A stretch of DNA of 57,899 nucleotides, the filler included, from Sphacelaria rigidula (lineage: Eukaryota): NCBI GenBank assembly GCA_964200075.2. It is 4 parts of 4 records of this genome, joined end to end, with 100 filler letters (N's around TTAATTAATTAA, not from the genome) between each part and the next. Parts side by side here need not be neighbours in the genome. Positions count along the whole stretch, not along the records: positions 14,502 to 28,902 come from CAXNAA020002269.1; positions 29,003 to 43,402 come from CAXNAA020002270.1; 2 more parts are not named here. The stretch is one strand, 5' to 3'. The position numbers and the translations under genes are program-made. This document shows, piece after piece, positions 25,000 through 36,567 of the stretch (positions are counted from its first letter, which is position 1; each line of letters begins with the position of its first letter). The notes beneath the pieces are model-generated. The model saw nothing but the letters and a program-made list of their open reading frames with translations, did not search any database and was not told the DNA's origin.

Positions 25000-27900
25000 A
25001 ACCAATGTCCTACCCAAGCATCTTCCTACGGAGATTAGGGAATTATCACCAGTTACCGCACCAGGATTCTCCAACGTCGCGACCAAGCGTTTTCGCATGA
25101 AACCCAGTGAAACATCAACAGGTTTGCCGGCAGGACTTTGCACCAATGTGCGAGGTAAGCGTTTTGTCTATTATTGATGTAGGCACAACCGGCCGCTGAA
25201 AGCCATGAAAAGCTTACTCTCAATCGTATCGTAGATTCTCAATCTCACCAAAACACTGTTGAAGGTCGGCAGGCCATTTACCTCACGTTCCCTACCTGCA
25301 TGTTTCGATATACTCAACGGACAGTTGTTGGGTTGTGCTCAGGCGCCTCTCCTACGAACTTTGCTGTCATATGCGTGCCCCCCTGCGGAAACCAACTCGT
25401 CAACCGACCCCCCGAAAACCACGGGCGCCCCTCCACTACACATGCCTGATCCCGTGGTGGTGACGAATCTACCAGATACACCTGAACCTAAACCCTCAAC
25501 TGCATTACTGGACAGGTTTTCCCCACAACAACGTGCCAGTTTCCAAACGTTGTGGGATGACATCCCCCAACAGTTGCGGCATATTGTTTTTGATCTATCC
25601 GGCGATGGTTGGATACCCACTGTAATCGATAGATTGTGATCCATCTTGATTAGATATTCTAGACGGTTTTCTACTGCACCGTTGGATTTAGGTCGATGTA
25701 CCACGACCCCTTTCAAAATCAAAATCCCTGATGGCACTCCGCCTATCGCTATGCGTCCGTACCGTACGAACCCCCTCTTAGCGGAGAAGCTCCAATTAGT
25801 TCTCGATAATTACTTATCCGCCTGTTTAATTCGGCACTCGACGGCTCCGTGGGTCTCGCCTTAAGTAGTCGTCCGCAAGAAGAATGGCAAAATCAGGCTG
25901 ACGGTAAAATATCAACGATTGAACGCTGTCACCAAAATCGCCCGGCTGCCTCCTCCACGGATTGATGAAATTATTGACCCTCTTGGCGGGGGGAAGGTAT
26001 TTTCAAACTTCGACATGCAGTCCGACTACCATCAACTCGTGATGGATCCGAATTTCATTGAACTGACGGCGTTTTGCACGCTATCAGTTTTGTACAAGTG
26101 GCTGGTTACACCACAAGGTGCCACCTGAGCCCCAGGTACGTTTCAACGTGTAATGTTCCGTGTGACTGATGGATTGCCCAAATGTCAGTGTACCTTGATG
26201 ATGCGGTGTGCCATGACTCCACACCGGCCGAACACGTCGAACAATTGGCATCACTCTTCGGTCGGTTTGAACAACACGACTTGAAACTCGCCCCCTCCAA
26301 ATCCCGCATTGGCGCCACGAAGATTGAGTTCCTGGGTGATTGCATCCCCCCCGAAGGTCGTAGCCCAAACCTCAACAAGGTCGCCACACTCGCCGACATG
26401 CCCATGCTACGGGACATTTCTCAACTGCATTCCTTGTTGGGAGGTCTAAGCTACTACAGACAGTACTTGCCAAACCTTACCCGAACGCTCAAACCCCTCA
26501 CCACCCACCTCAAAAAAAGGGTGGAATTTGTGTTCACATCGGAAATGGAAAAAATCATCCGCCGTCTTCTTGACACCCTTTCGCGCCCGACGATTCTCGT
26601 CTTCCCCGACTGGTCGGCCGCGGAACATGGTTCTCGCCTTTCCGTCTCCACACAGGTTCTTCTAAAATTGGGTTTGGCTGCATATTAGAACAGAAGTAAG
26701 ACGATGCTACTCTTCGTCCCATTGTATATCTGAGTCGCACCACGTTTCCAAATGAACAGAATTGATATGTCGTGGAATAAGAGGCCGGCGCAGTTGTTTG
26801 GGGCGTGCGACGTCTGCGTCAGTATTTGTATGACGACATCCCGTTTGTGATGTATACGGATCATGAGTCTTTGGAAAGCCTCGCCAAAATGGCGGAACAC
26901 AACGCTAGGGCACAACGCTGGTTCGAAATCCTGTCGTCTTACAACTTCCAGTTGAAATATCGCACAGGCCCGCAAAATGCAAACGCCGACTTCCTGTCAC
27001 GCTTGCCCACACCGACTCAATCTATCGATGAATCCCCCATGGGACGTATCACCGATCCCACCGAAGACGTTGTATATTTCATCAACAGGAATGGACATAG
27101 AGGTCTCTACACACCGCTCTCACTGAGGAAAACGCCGGCTTTAGGCGTGGGTGGGCTGACGACCACAGCCTACGCATCAGTGCTGGGCAGCTTGCAACGT
27201 CAATCGTTGTACTCAGTTTGGAATGGACTGTCTACGAATGCTGTTGGCTATGATCATTTTCGTGCAACTGGCCAACGCATGGTTTTTGCAGCAGGTGTAG
27301 AACCGTCCTTTGCTGACTCCGTCTCACCAGTTCAGGTTCGAGATTTGATCTCGGGTAGGACTCGTGGACGGCGGACCGCCGAAACGGCCACGAAATTAGC
27401 CGTATCTGGTCCTGACCTTCCCCTACCTGCCCCCACTCCGGTCCCCGATAGTTTCCTTGCGCCTCGTCAACCTCCACGACGCAAGGCACCCAGAAGCTCG
27501 ACCATGACCGTGTCTCCCTTGCCAACCATAGCCGAAACCACGGCTGTGCCCCCCTCCCTTGGTGATGATATTAACAACACCACCACAACACCTCCCACGC
27601 TAATCGACGCAGCAGTAGATGTTAGCGTTCCGCCTGAGAATACACCACCTGGTAGGCTCACCCTTGATTCCGACATCACCGCTTCTTGTCACCCCCGCTC
27701 CGAACCGACCCAACTCGAAGTAGACGCTTCAACAGATGGCGAATTCAAGGAACGTTTTACTCTCTTTTCCCACGCCGATTGGGCCCGGGAACAACATGCA
27801 GAACCTGCTCTTGAATCAGCTATCCATTATCTATCCAAAGGTTGCCCGTGTCCATTCTCCGAAATCGAGTTCCTTTTGCCCGTCGGGAACCTCAAAGCCC

Positions 27901-28850
27901 CCACACAGGATAAAGTTACTGAACTTTCGCGGAAAGGTGTATGCTGCATACGGACGACGATGGTGTAGTTCTGTCAGTCCACCGGCCCACAGCGGCCCTC
28001 CCCAGGGGGAAGCCTACAAGTCGACATGCCCACTTGCTAGGTGATGAACCCATCCGAATATATGTCCCGATGCTCCTGCGCCCATGGGTTCTACACGAAT
28101 GCCATTCACAGGCATCGACTCATTTGGGCGCCATCAGGACCTCCCAGATGTTGTAACGTTTTTATTGGTGGATTTGCATGGATCAGTGTTCTCGTTGGTG
28201 GGTTCGGCGTTGTGTCTTGTTCCAAGCGCGCAAGGCTTCACGTCAAACAGTTCGTTGGCCGATTGTTTACATGCCACTCCCAAACGGGCCTTGTGAAGTA
28301 GTTTCGTGGGACTGTTTTGGTCCTTTGCCCCCTGACGGATAGTGGTAATAAGTGTATGACACTTTCTACGATAGCCCCCCCCAAAAACCAGCTAAAAGCG
28401 TCACGAAAAAACTGGCCATACAGCACCTGATGTTCGGGTTCGGGCTGCATGAAGCGCCTCATATTGGCGGCAGTAGCTACAACGAACCCAAACGTGGGAA
28501 TTCTTAGCTTCCCGTTGTGCTCGACTTTTTCCATTTTAATTTACGCGAAGATTTTGCCTCCCAAAACCATGCACTTTCGGGGGGGGGCTATCGTAGAAAG
28601 TATCATATTTCGTTGTTTACAGGTAGATTTAGTCGACACGCGGTGATGCACGCTGTCCCGGCCAGTAGCTATAACGCGGAAAGTACCGCCAACATTCTTG
28701 TATACATGTACATCCCCCAGTGGCGTGTGCCCAAACGATTACTGTCTGACAAAGGCTCGCATTTTTCAGGCAAACTTTCGGCCGCAGTCATTGACCTTTT
28801 GGGTGCCCACCGCATTTTCATTAGTTCGTATCACCCTTCCACCAATAACA
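25000..28850 (+). mobile_element. Decayed Ty3/Gypsy LTR-retrotransposon pol (RT-RNase H-integrase)
   Basis: RPYR...STAPWVSP; PRIDEII...FSNFDM; YLDD at 26191-26202; LGGLSYYRQY; RNase H YTDHESL...NANADFLSR; integrase His/Cys zinc-finger remnant and core (RFSRHA, PKRLLSDKGSHF, SYHP). Many stops and frameshifts; LTRs not seen. Confidence 0.92.
28357..28605. mobile_element. Tc1/mariner-type MITE (TA TSD) inserted in the Gypsy integrase
   Basis: TA|tgacactttctacgatagccccccc ... gggggggctatcgtagaaagtatca|TA. Removing it plus one TA restores the integrase frame GNKCISLFTGRFSRH. Confidence 0.88.
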
Positions 28851-28902
28851 ACAAATTGTGCGAATTGAGGTTTAACTCCGAGATGAGGTTCAAGCCTAAA
28901 AC

Positions 28903-29002
28903 NNNNNNNNNNNNNNNNNNNNNNNNNNNNNNNNNNNNNNNNNNNNTTAATTAATTAANNNNNNNNNNNNNNNNNNNNNNNNNNNNNNNNNNNNNNNNNN
29001 NN
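28903..29002. other. Artificial contig-joining spacer
   Basis: N44-TTAATTAATTAA-N44. Confidence 0.98.
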
Positions 29003-29135
29003 CCTCAATCAATAGCACCATCCTCAATATAGATGATTGGCTGTTTCAGGGTGTGAAAAATCGACGTCAAGGCACGTCACATCAGCTTCCGCTATGAACG
29101 TTTCAGCTTTCACTCTCTGCTCTGGACTCTCAAAA

Positions 29136-29245
29136 CACGGGTGGCCACTGGGGTGCCTGCCACCTCAAACTTGAACGCTACAGACCTTGTGCAACGTCTG
29201 TAACGTTCAAATTTGAGGTGGCAGGCACCCCAGTGGCCACCCGTG
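29136..29245. mobile_element. 110-bp MITE with CACGGGTGGCC termini and 2-bp TSD (AA)
   Basis: aa|cacgggtggccactggggtgcctgccacctcaaa...tttgaggtggcaggcaccccagtggccacccgtg|aa. Confidence 0.9.
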
Positions 29246-29399
29246 AAGCTTCCACTCTGGAGCTCTTCCACTTTCCACTCTGACCCTATGATGCGAAAAT
29301 TATTTCCCGAAACTCTCTATTATCATCATACGCTTTAGATATCGTTCGGGGTTTCACAGATATTTTAGTATATTCTCTATCTCCGTACGTTGTAGGAAT

Positions 29400-29885
29400 A
29401 TTACAAGTTGTCTTCTGTAGGGTACGGTTTTCTGTGTACCCGGGGTATTTTGCCGGGGATTTACAATGTACCGTACCCGACAGTTCTGTGACTTCTGTAA
29501 TACTTCAATACTAGTATCCGACAGCTCTGTAATCTCTGTAATACTCCCGTACCGTTACCGGGGGGCACGGGTACGCTCTTGATAAGATACCTGATAGCGG
29601 GTGCGATTTTCTGTGCAACCTCCATACCCTACCCGACAGGTCCTGTGAGTTCTGTAAACCTCACATACCCTTACTCCACAGTTCTGTGAGTTCTGTACAG
29701 AATGTTGACCCGTACCCGCAGCGCGGGTATGCTTTTCAAGAAATACCCGATTTCCGGTACCGATTTTCTGTAAGCCTCCCATACCGTACCTGACAGGTTC
29801 TGTAAGTTCTGCGAGACTTTCATCCAGTAGCGGAACCCGACAGTTCTGTGAGCTCTGTAAGCCTCCCATATACCCCTACCCGGGC
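29400..29885 (+). repeat. Degenerate minisatellite-like array (core TACCCGACAGTTCTGTGAGTTCTGTAA)
   Basis: The core recurs at about 29474, 29515, 29630, 29678, 29787 and 29835 with variable spacers. Confidence 0.75.
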
Positions 29886-30689
29886 TTAGGGTGTACTGTT
29901 ATAGATGTAACCGATTGCAGGTATGAGCACGGGTATATACCTTGGGGAGGTACCGATATAGGTTCAATCCAAACACAACCTCATGGCCTGAACATGTACC
30001 TCCCATCGATCAATCCACCCAACTCCTCCATTCAAAACTGCACATCAGCAATACTTTAATGTTGAAAAGTTCTTTAGTTTGGGATCTGACGGGACACGAG
30101 ATACCGCTGAGAGGAAACACGAAACATGAGCAGCACTCACTGTAGACCGTCAGGATGGATCACCCCCATACTCGAGTGGTAGCTCGAGCGGGGGCGGTTC
30201 ATCTGCGCCACCAGGGGATCAAGTAGCAAGATGCACGTCATCGACCTTGATGGTGGTTGTGTCGTAGTCACCAAACCCCAGGCCGTTATATCGACATGTA
30301 CAGCACAGACGATGTGAGCTGCCACCGAAAGTCGTCAAGGCAGTCGGCGATTGTGTCGCGTGCTGAAGGGCTTCCCGAGAACGGGCAGCCGTGAATGCTC
30401 CTTCCAGGCTCCTCCATGTACTCTCTGGGAGTGTACGTGAAGCCGATAGATGTTGGCGATCCGGTGCGCATGTACTACTACTGCGATTTTTCGTGTAGAC
30501 TTTCTGTACAAACCCCGTGAAGCCGCGTTCAGAATTTTCGTGAACTGTCATCTGTATTTCGCCACTGTTGTAGTGACGTAGGTCCCACCACAGGGGTGAT
30601 GATAATAGAATATTAGTCAACATTGCGCGTTTAATTGATCAAGAAAAAAAGTGATCCAACCTTTTGAGCAGATGTATGTCTTCCCCTTA

Positions 30690-33466
30690 CAATTACGCGA
30701 TTGCACGAGTGCCGAGACCAAGGCAAAGATCCACACTACATGGACGGCGAGGGAAACAGCACGGAGGGTATCCATGTCAACACCCACTGACACCAACCTC
30801 AAGAAAGTCTTGAAGGAGACCAACAAGAAACCCCGTCGTGTTAGAGCAGACGCGGTGGAGAGATTCTTCGAGACCTACGTCAGCCGACTTGAAGCTCACA
30901 TCGCGGAAGGTGACCAACGCGGTTCCTACAGGCACCTGAAGGGAATTGATGTCGAAGGGAGGAAACCATGTAGCTCATAGCAGCAATATATCCGCGACAA
31001 CAAGGGCCAACTGCTCAGAAACGTGAAGCTCATCCGCCCGCGGTGGCTACAATGTTTTCACACCCCCCTCAACACCCAGTCGCCCCACCTCAACCCAGCA
31101 ATCATCGACCAACTCCAGGTGCGACTTCCGAGCACGTCGCTAGACGAGATACCTACGATAGACCAGGCAGTGAATGGCATACGATCTATGTTCAACGGAA
31201 AGGTCGTCCGCCTAGATGGACTGCCGGCTGAACGGCTGAAGATACTCGTCGACGGCGACGACACTAGCCGACTACAGAGATTCCACGCTATCATCGTTGA
31301 CATCTGGAGCGGGGCAGCCGTACCACAAGAGTGGAAGGATGCCACCATCATGGTTCTCCGCAAAAGGGCGACTAGACGGACTGCAGAAACTACAGAGGAG
31401 TTTCACTCGTATCACACGCCGGCAAAGCGCTCCTCAAGATAATCACCCGCCTAAGCATCTGTGTCGAGGGCAATGTAATTCTGCCTGAAGAGCAGGGCGG
31501 CTTCCGCCCCGGACGCTCAACCGTCGACATAATGTTCACCGTCCGACGACTCCAGGAACTTGGCCGTAGACGACAGATCCCGCTCTACATACATATGTTT
31601 CGTCGACCTCACGAAAAAATATGATTCTGTCGACCGCCTATTGCTGTGGAAATTTCTGGAACGCTATGGCGTCCCACCCATCATGCTCTCGATCATCTAG
31701 CAATTCCGCGATGGCGTGCAAGCTCGGGTGCACACGAACGACTGGGAATACTCGGAATGGTTCGACATCGGACAGGGCCTCCGACAGGATGCGTCCTAGC
31801 ACCACTACTCTGTAATATTTTCTTCACGGCAGTGCTCACGGTGGCCCTGGCAAGCTTCCGCGAAGGTCCTGGCATCTTGGGGGACCTGGTGCGAGTCCGA
31901 AAGCGTGAAAAGGGAGATTTCCAACAGGAATGTGCGGTAGCATGGGTCAAGCCAGACGTGGCCACAGCTACCGTGGCAGAAGAGGTACGGTCCATATTAT
32001 GGAGTATGCTGTACGCCGATGACGCCTGCATCGTCTCGCGGACACCATCGAGCCTCGAGAAGGCGATGACGGTGATTGCGACGATCTGCGGAGAGTTTGG
32101 CTTGACCGTGTCGGAAGCAAAGACGAAGACCATGCGGCTGCACTCACAGGCGGGGCACCTCGACACTAACGCGGCTGGCCAGATATACAAACAAACACCT
32201 TTGTATACCTGGGGGTGTCAGTTAGGAAAGCGACGATCTCTCGTTGGACATAAAAAAGCGCGAACAATGGGCATGATCGAACTACTACCAGTACAAAGTC
32301 CAACTCTACAGTCGACCGAACGCGGCGGTCAACCTCAAGGTCCGCATGATCAAAGCCGAGGCTGTCGAGGCGCTCCTGTACCGGTGCGTCACATGGACCC
32401 CTCTCAACGCACACTACAATCTCCTGCGCACGGCCCACCATGCGTTGCTCAGGCGCTGTCTTGGATAGCACAAGCGCAATCGCACAGACCACGTTCTGTC
32501 ATACCGAGAGACCCTCGCGAGGACAGGATGCGAAAGCATCGAGACGATGGTGAGGGGGAGGAGACTCCATTTCTCCGGTTTCGTCACGCGCATTTCACCC
32601 GGACGGATACCGAAACACGTCATGTTCGGTGAAGTTACAGCCGTAAAGGGGCAACAAAGACAATTTAACGGCAGGCACAAAGACTGGATCCGTTGCCTAG
32701 CGGAAGACATGAAGGCGTTCGGTATCGAATGGCAGGGGTGGACTACCAGATCCTCAAATGCAGTAGAGGTGAACGGCTGTGTTGAACAGGGAGCAGGAAG
32801 GTGTATGGCGGACTGGTGCCAAAAGGATGACGCAGCGGCAGCGATACGGCACGCGAAAGCTGTAGGCCAAGGTGCACCGACAGCACCTGGGGCCGACAGT
32901 ACCAGCATCAACTCATCATAGTCTACGCCAGATGCCGTAGAGTATTGTGTTTGGTTCCAATCTCTGGTTTGTCCATCTCTTGTTCCTGGTGGTTTATTGT
33001 CTGTTCTTGTTCCGTCTGCGCACCCCCCCTCCCCCCTTCCCCCTCCCCCCGGAAACGAGCCTGATTCCGTCTTGTCTCTTGTATTCCTTTTTCTACAGTA
33101 AGTTTTATTTTCATTTTTTTCTTTTCTTTCATTTTTCTCCCTATTTTTGTTCTTGATTTTTTTTTTCATCACGAGCTGGAGTCTTCATATCAGCTACGTA
33201 ATGCGAGATAATCATCTTGTTGTGTTGTTCGTGTTTGCGTTTGTGTGTGTTGCTTGTTGCTTGTTGTTTGTTGTTTGTTGTTGCTGTTGCTGCTGTTGTT
33301 CTTGTTCTTGTTCTTTCCTTTGTGTGGATTTTGCCCCTTCTGTCTTTTTCTGTTATTTTCCTTCTTTCGTTCTTATTTTCTGTTCTTTTTTTTGCTTCTC
33401 CTGACCACGAGCTGGATTGTTGTAATCAGGTAATGTGAGCTAATCAATCAATCAATCGATCAATCA
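30690..33466 (+). mobile_element. Decayed RTE-clade LINE (RT domain, 3' UTR and (ATCA)n tail), 5'-truncated
   Basis: DGLPAE, VPQEWKDA, NYRGVSL, EEQGGFRPGRSTVD, FVDLTKKYDSVDR, GLRQGCVLAP, LYADD (32012-32023), FGLTVSEAKTK, RIPKHVMFGE; tail taatcaatcaatcaatcgatcaatcaa at 33441-33467. Multiple frameshifts. Confidence 0.92.
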
Positions 33467-36465
33467 AGATGTGCGCATCGCGGCCCACTTTTCTGTATCG
33501 AGGAGATATGGCTGTGATGGCTTAAATGTGTTTATGGGCTCGCCCAGCTCGTACCCTACCCGCCCTGCCCCTGCAATCTTTTGTTCCTTGTTCGTTGCAA
33601 ACGAGTAGTTGCCATGCGCGGGTCTGCGAAGTGGTCAGTAATCGAATATAACATTTTGCGAGATCACAGCTGCGCGCAGGACTACACCACAGACGCTGTT
33701 GGCGCTGAGTTCCTCATCAAAGGGTGCAGGGTTATCCAGGGCGCTGGCATAATTGGAGTAAGGCGAGTAAATATGTTTTATTTCATCCATTCTCCGGGGG
33801 ATCCATGCACTCCCTGCAGTTGTCAAACCCAGTCCCCGCGACATGTCGATCGATCCGTGGTTGGTACGAAGGCGGCGTATAACACCCTGGTCAGAGTATT
33901 GTTTCAAAGCTCGACTTCCTCTATAAGGAAGGCACTCCACTCTTTTGGCACTCCCTGCTGATCTCGCCTGGCGTAATGTTTGGCAGCATAACTCCATATT
34001 ACACACGTCTTTCCGTAGAATAGCCGTACCAGTTTCAGGTATCCTAACTGCGTCACGTCTTGAGGGAGTGCTATGCATCGTCATCCACGAGCGGTCGGAC
34101 TCTTTCAACTTAAGGCAACTGGCAGACAGGTTCTGGGCCCCCAATACTCGTAACACTACGAGGGCGAATATGGGCAAAAGCTTGAAAGCTCGTACTAGAT
34201 GCTGGTATCCTATACGTTACCAGCATTCGTTCTTTTGATATTGTGCGGAAATACCACGTGCGATTGCACAGACAGCACAGTACAGCTAGTTCTACAGTGA
34301 CGACACTCCGTGGGTTTGGTATTGTCGTTGTATTTTTTCACCCTGTTTTCTTGTACTTTATCGGAAGGCGCCTATCCTCGATCTGGAAGATTTTCCTCTG
34401 CCGGGGCCGCTGTATACCGCCCGTATCTACTCTGTCTACACGTGATTATTTTTCGGGCTGTGGTTAAGCTTTTAGCAGCTGACTGCCATGGCGGGTGCTA
34501 TTGAAGTTAGCACCATGGTGGGTACAAGTATTGTCGGCTGCTATCGCTACGAGTAGCTGCTGTATGCAGCAGATCCCCGGTTGCCTAGCGGTTTGAGTGT
34601 TGATACATGGTCCCCCCTCAGGTCTCTCGTGGATTTCACTTGAGAGGGCTATCTGTGGGGGTTCGCAATGGTTGTTTCGGCGGAGATACAAACGTCTTCA
34701 TGGAAATGTGCAGCGGCCGAACAGTAACTGCTCACCGACGACAGCCAAACAGTGCTGTGGTGGGGAACAGCGAGTAGTAGCACGTGCCATGGTGATGATA
34801 CCTGTCTCGCAAGGCACACAGGACAGCGACTAATGAAACGCGCGACATAGCGCCCGCGCTTCAACCATAGCATCAGACTGCTGCAAGACTGTCCGCTAAA
34901 TTATTGCTGAAGTAATGCAATACTTTTGATGAAATCTCGGAGCTACTGCACATGCGCCGGGCTCCATGTGCGCATAGTTGGTCTAAGCAAGCACAGCATG
35001 GAATGAAAGCTGCTGTTCGAATTTATTTTGTCCGCACCCAAAGACTAGCCGCGATTCTTCGTGCGCCATCCATTCGGCATTATCTGCCCTTGTTACCCAG
35101 CGTTCGACACGGCCCGAGGGAGGCACAGTTTCCCTCATATTAATAGCTAGGAGCCATGGTCCGAGGGCGATCGTTACTAGGTATCGGGTGTTGTCCACAA
35201 TCAACACCGTTTTCGTGACATCGAGAGTAGACCGTTCGTTGAGGTTGGGTTTCATCATTCGCTTTAACTGGGCCAGTTTTTCATTTGGTGTGCTTAATTT
35301 TTCTTGTACCATTGGCGAGTGCTTTCAGCCACACGTCCATATGCTATTCAGGGATATCAAGGTCTTCAGTTGCAGGCTGCTACAGAAAGCAAAGCGTATC
35401 GGGCCTCGTGGAGGGCCATGTCGGACTTGAAACGATTTGTTCGTTAATTGACCGCTTCTCACTCTCAATCGTATCCTCTACTCTCAATCTCACGAAAGCA
35501 CCGCTAATCATATTTTTCCTGGCATGCAGTACTACGTGCTTCTCAGGCAAACTACTCCACCTCTCAACAAAAGTGCATCCTCCGCATCCACGGCAAGCCC
35601 AGGCCAAAGGTGATTGTGTTTTCTTTTTTGGTGATGAGAATCTCGACAGGAAGCGCCCTTTCGTACGGTTTGCGAGCTCTCATAACAAGTGGCTGTCATC
35701 AACATTCACGGAAAACATTCAGTCATCTACACCTAGGCTGCAAGCCACCCTCCAGCGTCGAAGGCTAAAAGCTCATGTACACGATAAGGCAACATTTTTA
35801 GTGTCAAGAAAAACTCGTGTTGAGAAGTGCCTTTTTGGTCCTTCGCCATCGTTTTACGCCCGCACACAGGGCTTGGCGGATGTCAACACCTTGAAATGAC
35901 TTGCTCTACTCGTTAAAACCATCCCAGGGAACCTTTGCGTTTTCTGGTTTCCGCAGGTTTTTTAGGAAAACTTGCATTTTTAATAACCGATGATAAAATT
36001 ATCAATAAACCAGCGGGGAAACTCCCATTTATCTTCATCGCCTGACTGTCTGTTATTGAACATGCAAGTTTGGCCAGAGAAAAAACGCTAAGGTGCCCTA
36101 GAACGGTCTCAACGAGTAGAGGAACTCATCCCAAGGTGTCAACGTCCGCCTAGCCATCTTTTCGGGTATTGAACGACGGAGAAGGACCAAAAAGACAGTT
36201 ACGAACATAATTTTTTTCCTGACACATACGTCGTGGCCTACGGAGTAGATGAGAGAGGTTTAATACGAAGCACGGTAAACGTAACCGTCTTGCGGGGAAA
36301 GCGGCTAATTAAAGAACAACATGGGCTTGTACGAGGGGCCCGTGGTTTATGCATATGAACTGACATCTGGAGCTTTGCGAACAAGCATGAAACCATGTTT
36401 TCCAACATTTTTGGCTCGACCGTACAACAAAAGACGAACATGACACAAGTTTGAGGGCCCAAGAA

Positions 36466-36497
36466 AGTGTGTGTGCGTGCGTGCGTGCGTGTGTGTG

Positions 36498-36566
<69 letters not shown>
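36466..36566 (+). repeat. (GT)n/(GCGT)n compound microsatellite
   Basis: Directly visible. Confidence 0.95.

Positions 36567-36567
<1 letters not shown>

Noticed and set aside
29400-29885. CRISPR-like repeat-spacer array
   Set aside because: Repeats are degenerate, spacers are irregular and mutually similar, no cas genes are present, and the context is eukaryotic.
33580-35900. Cluster of 100-200 aa ORFs; CFQPHVHMLFRDIK faintly like the hAT CxxH motif
   Set aside because: Single weak motif, no consistent frame or splice model.
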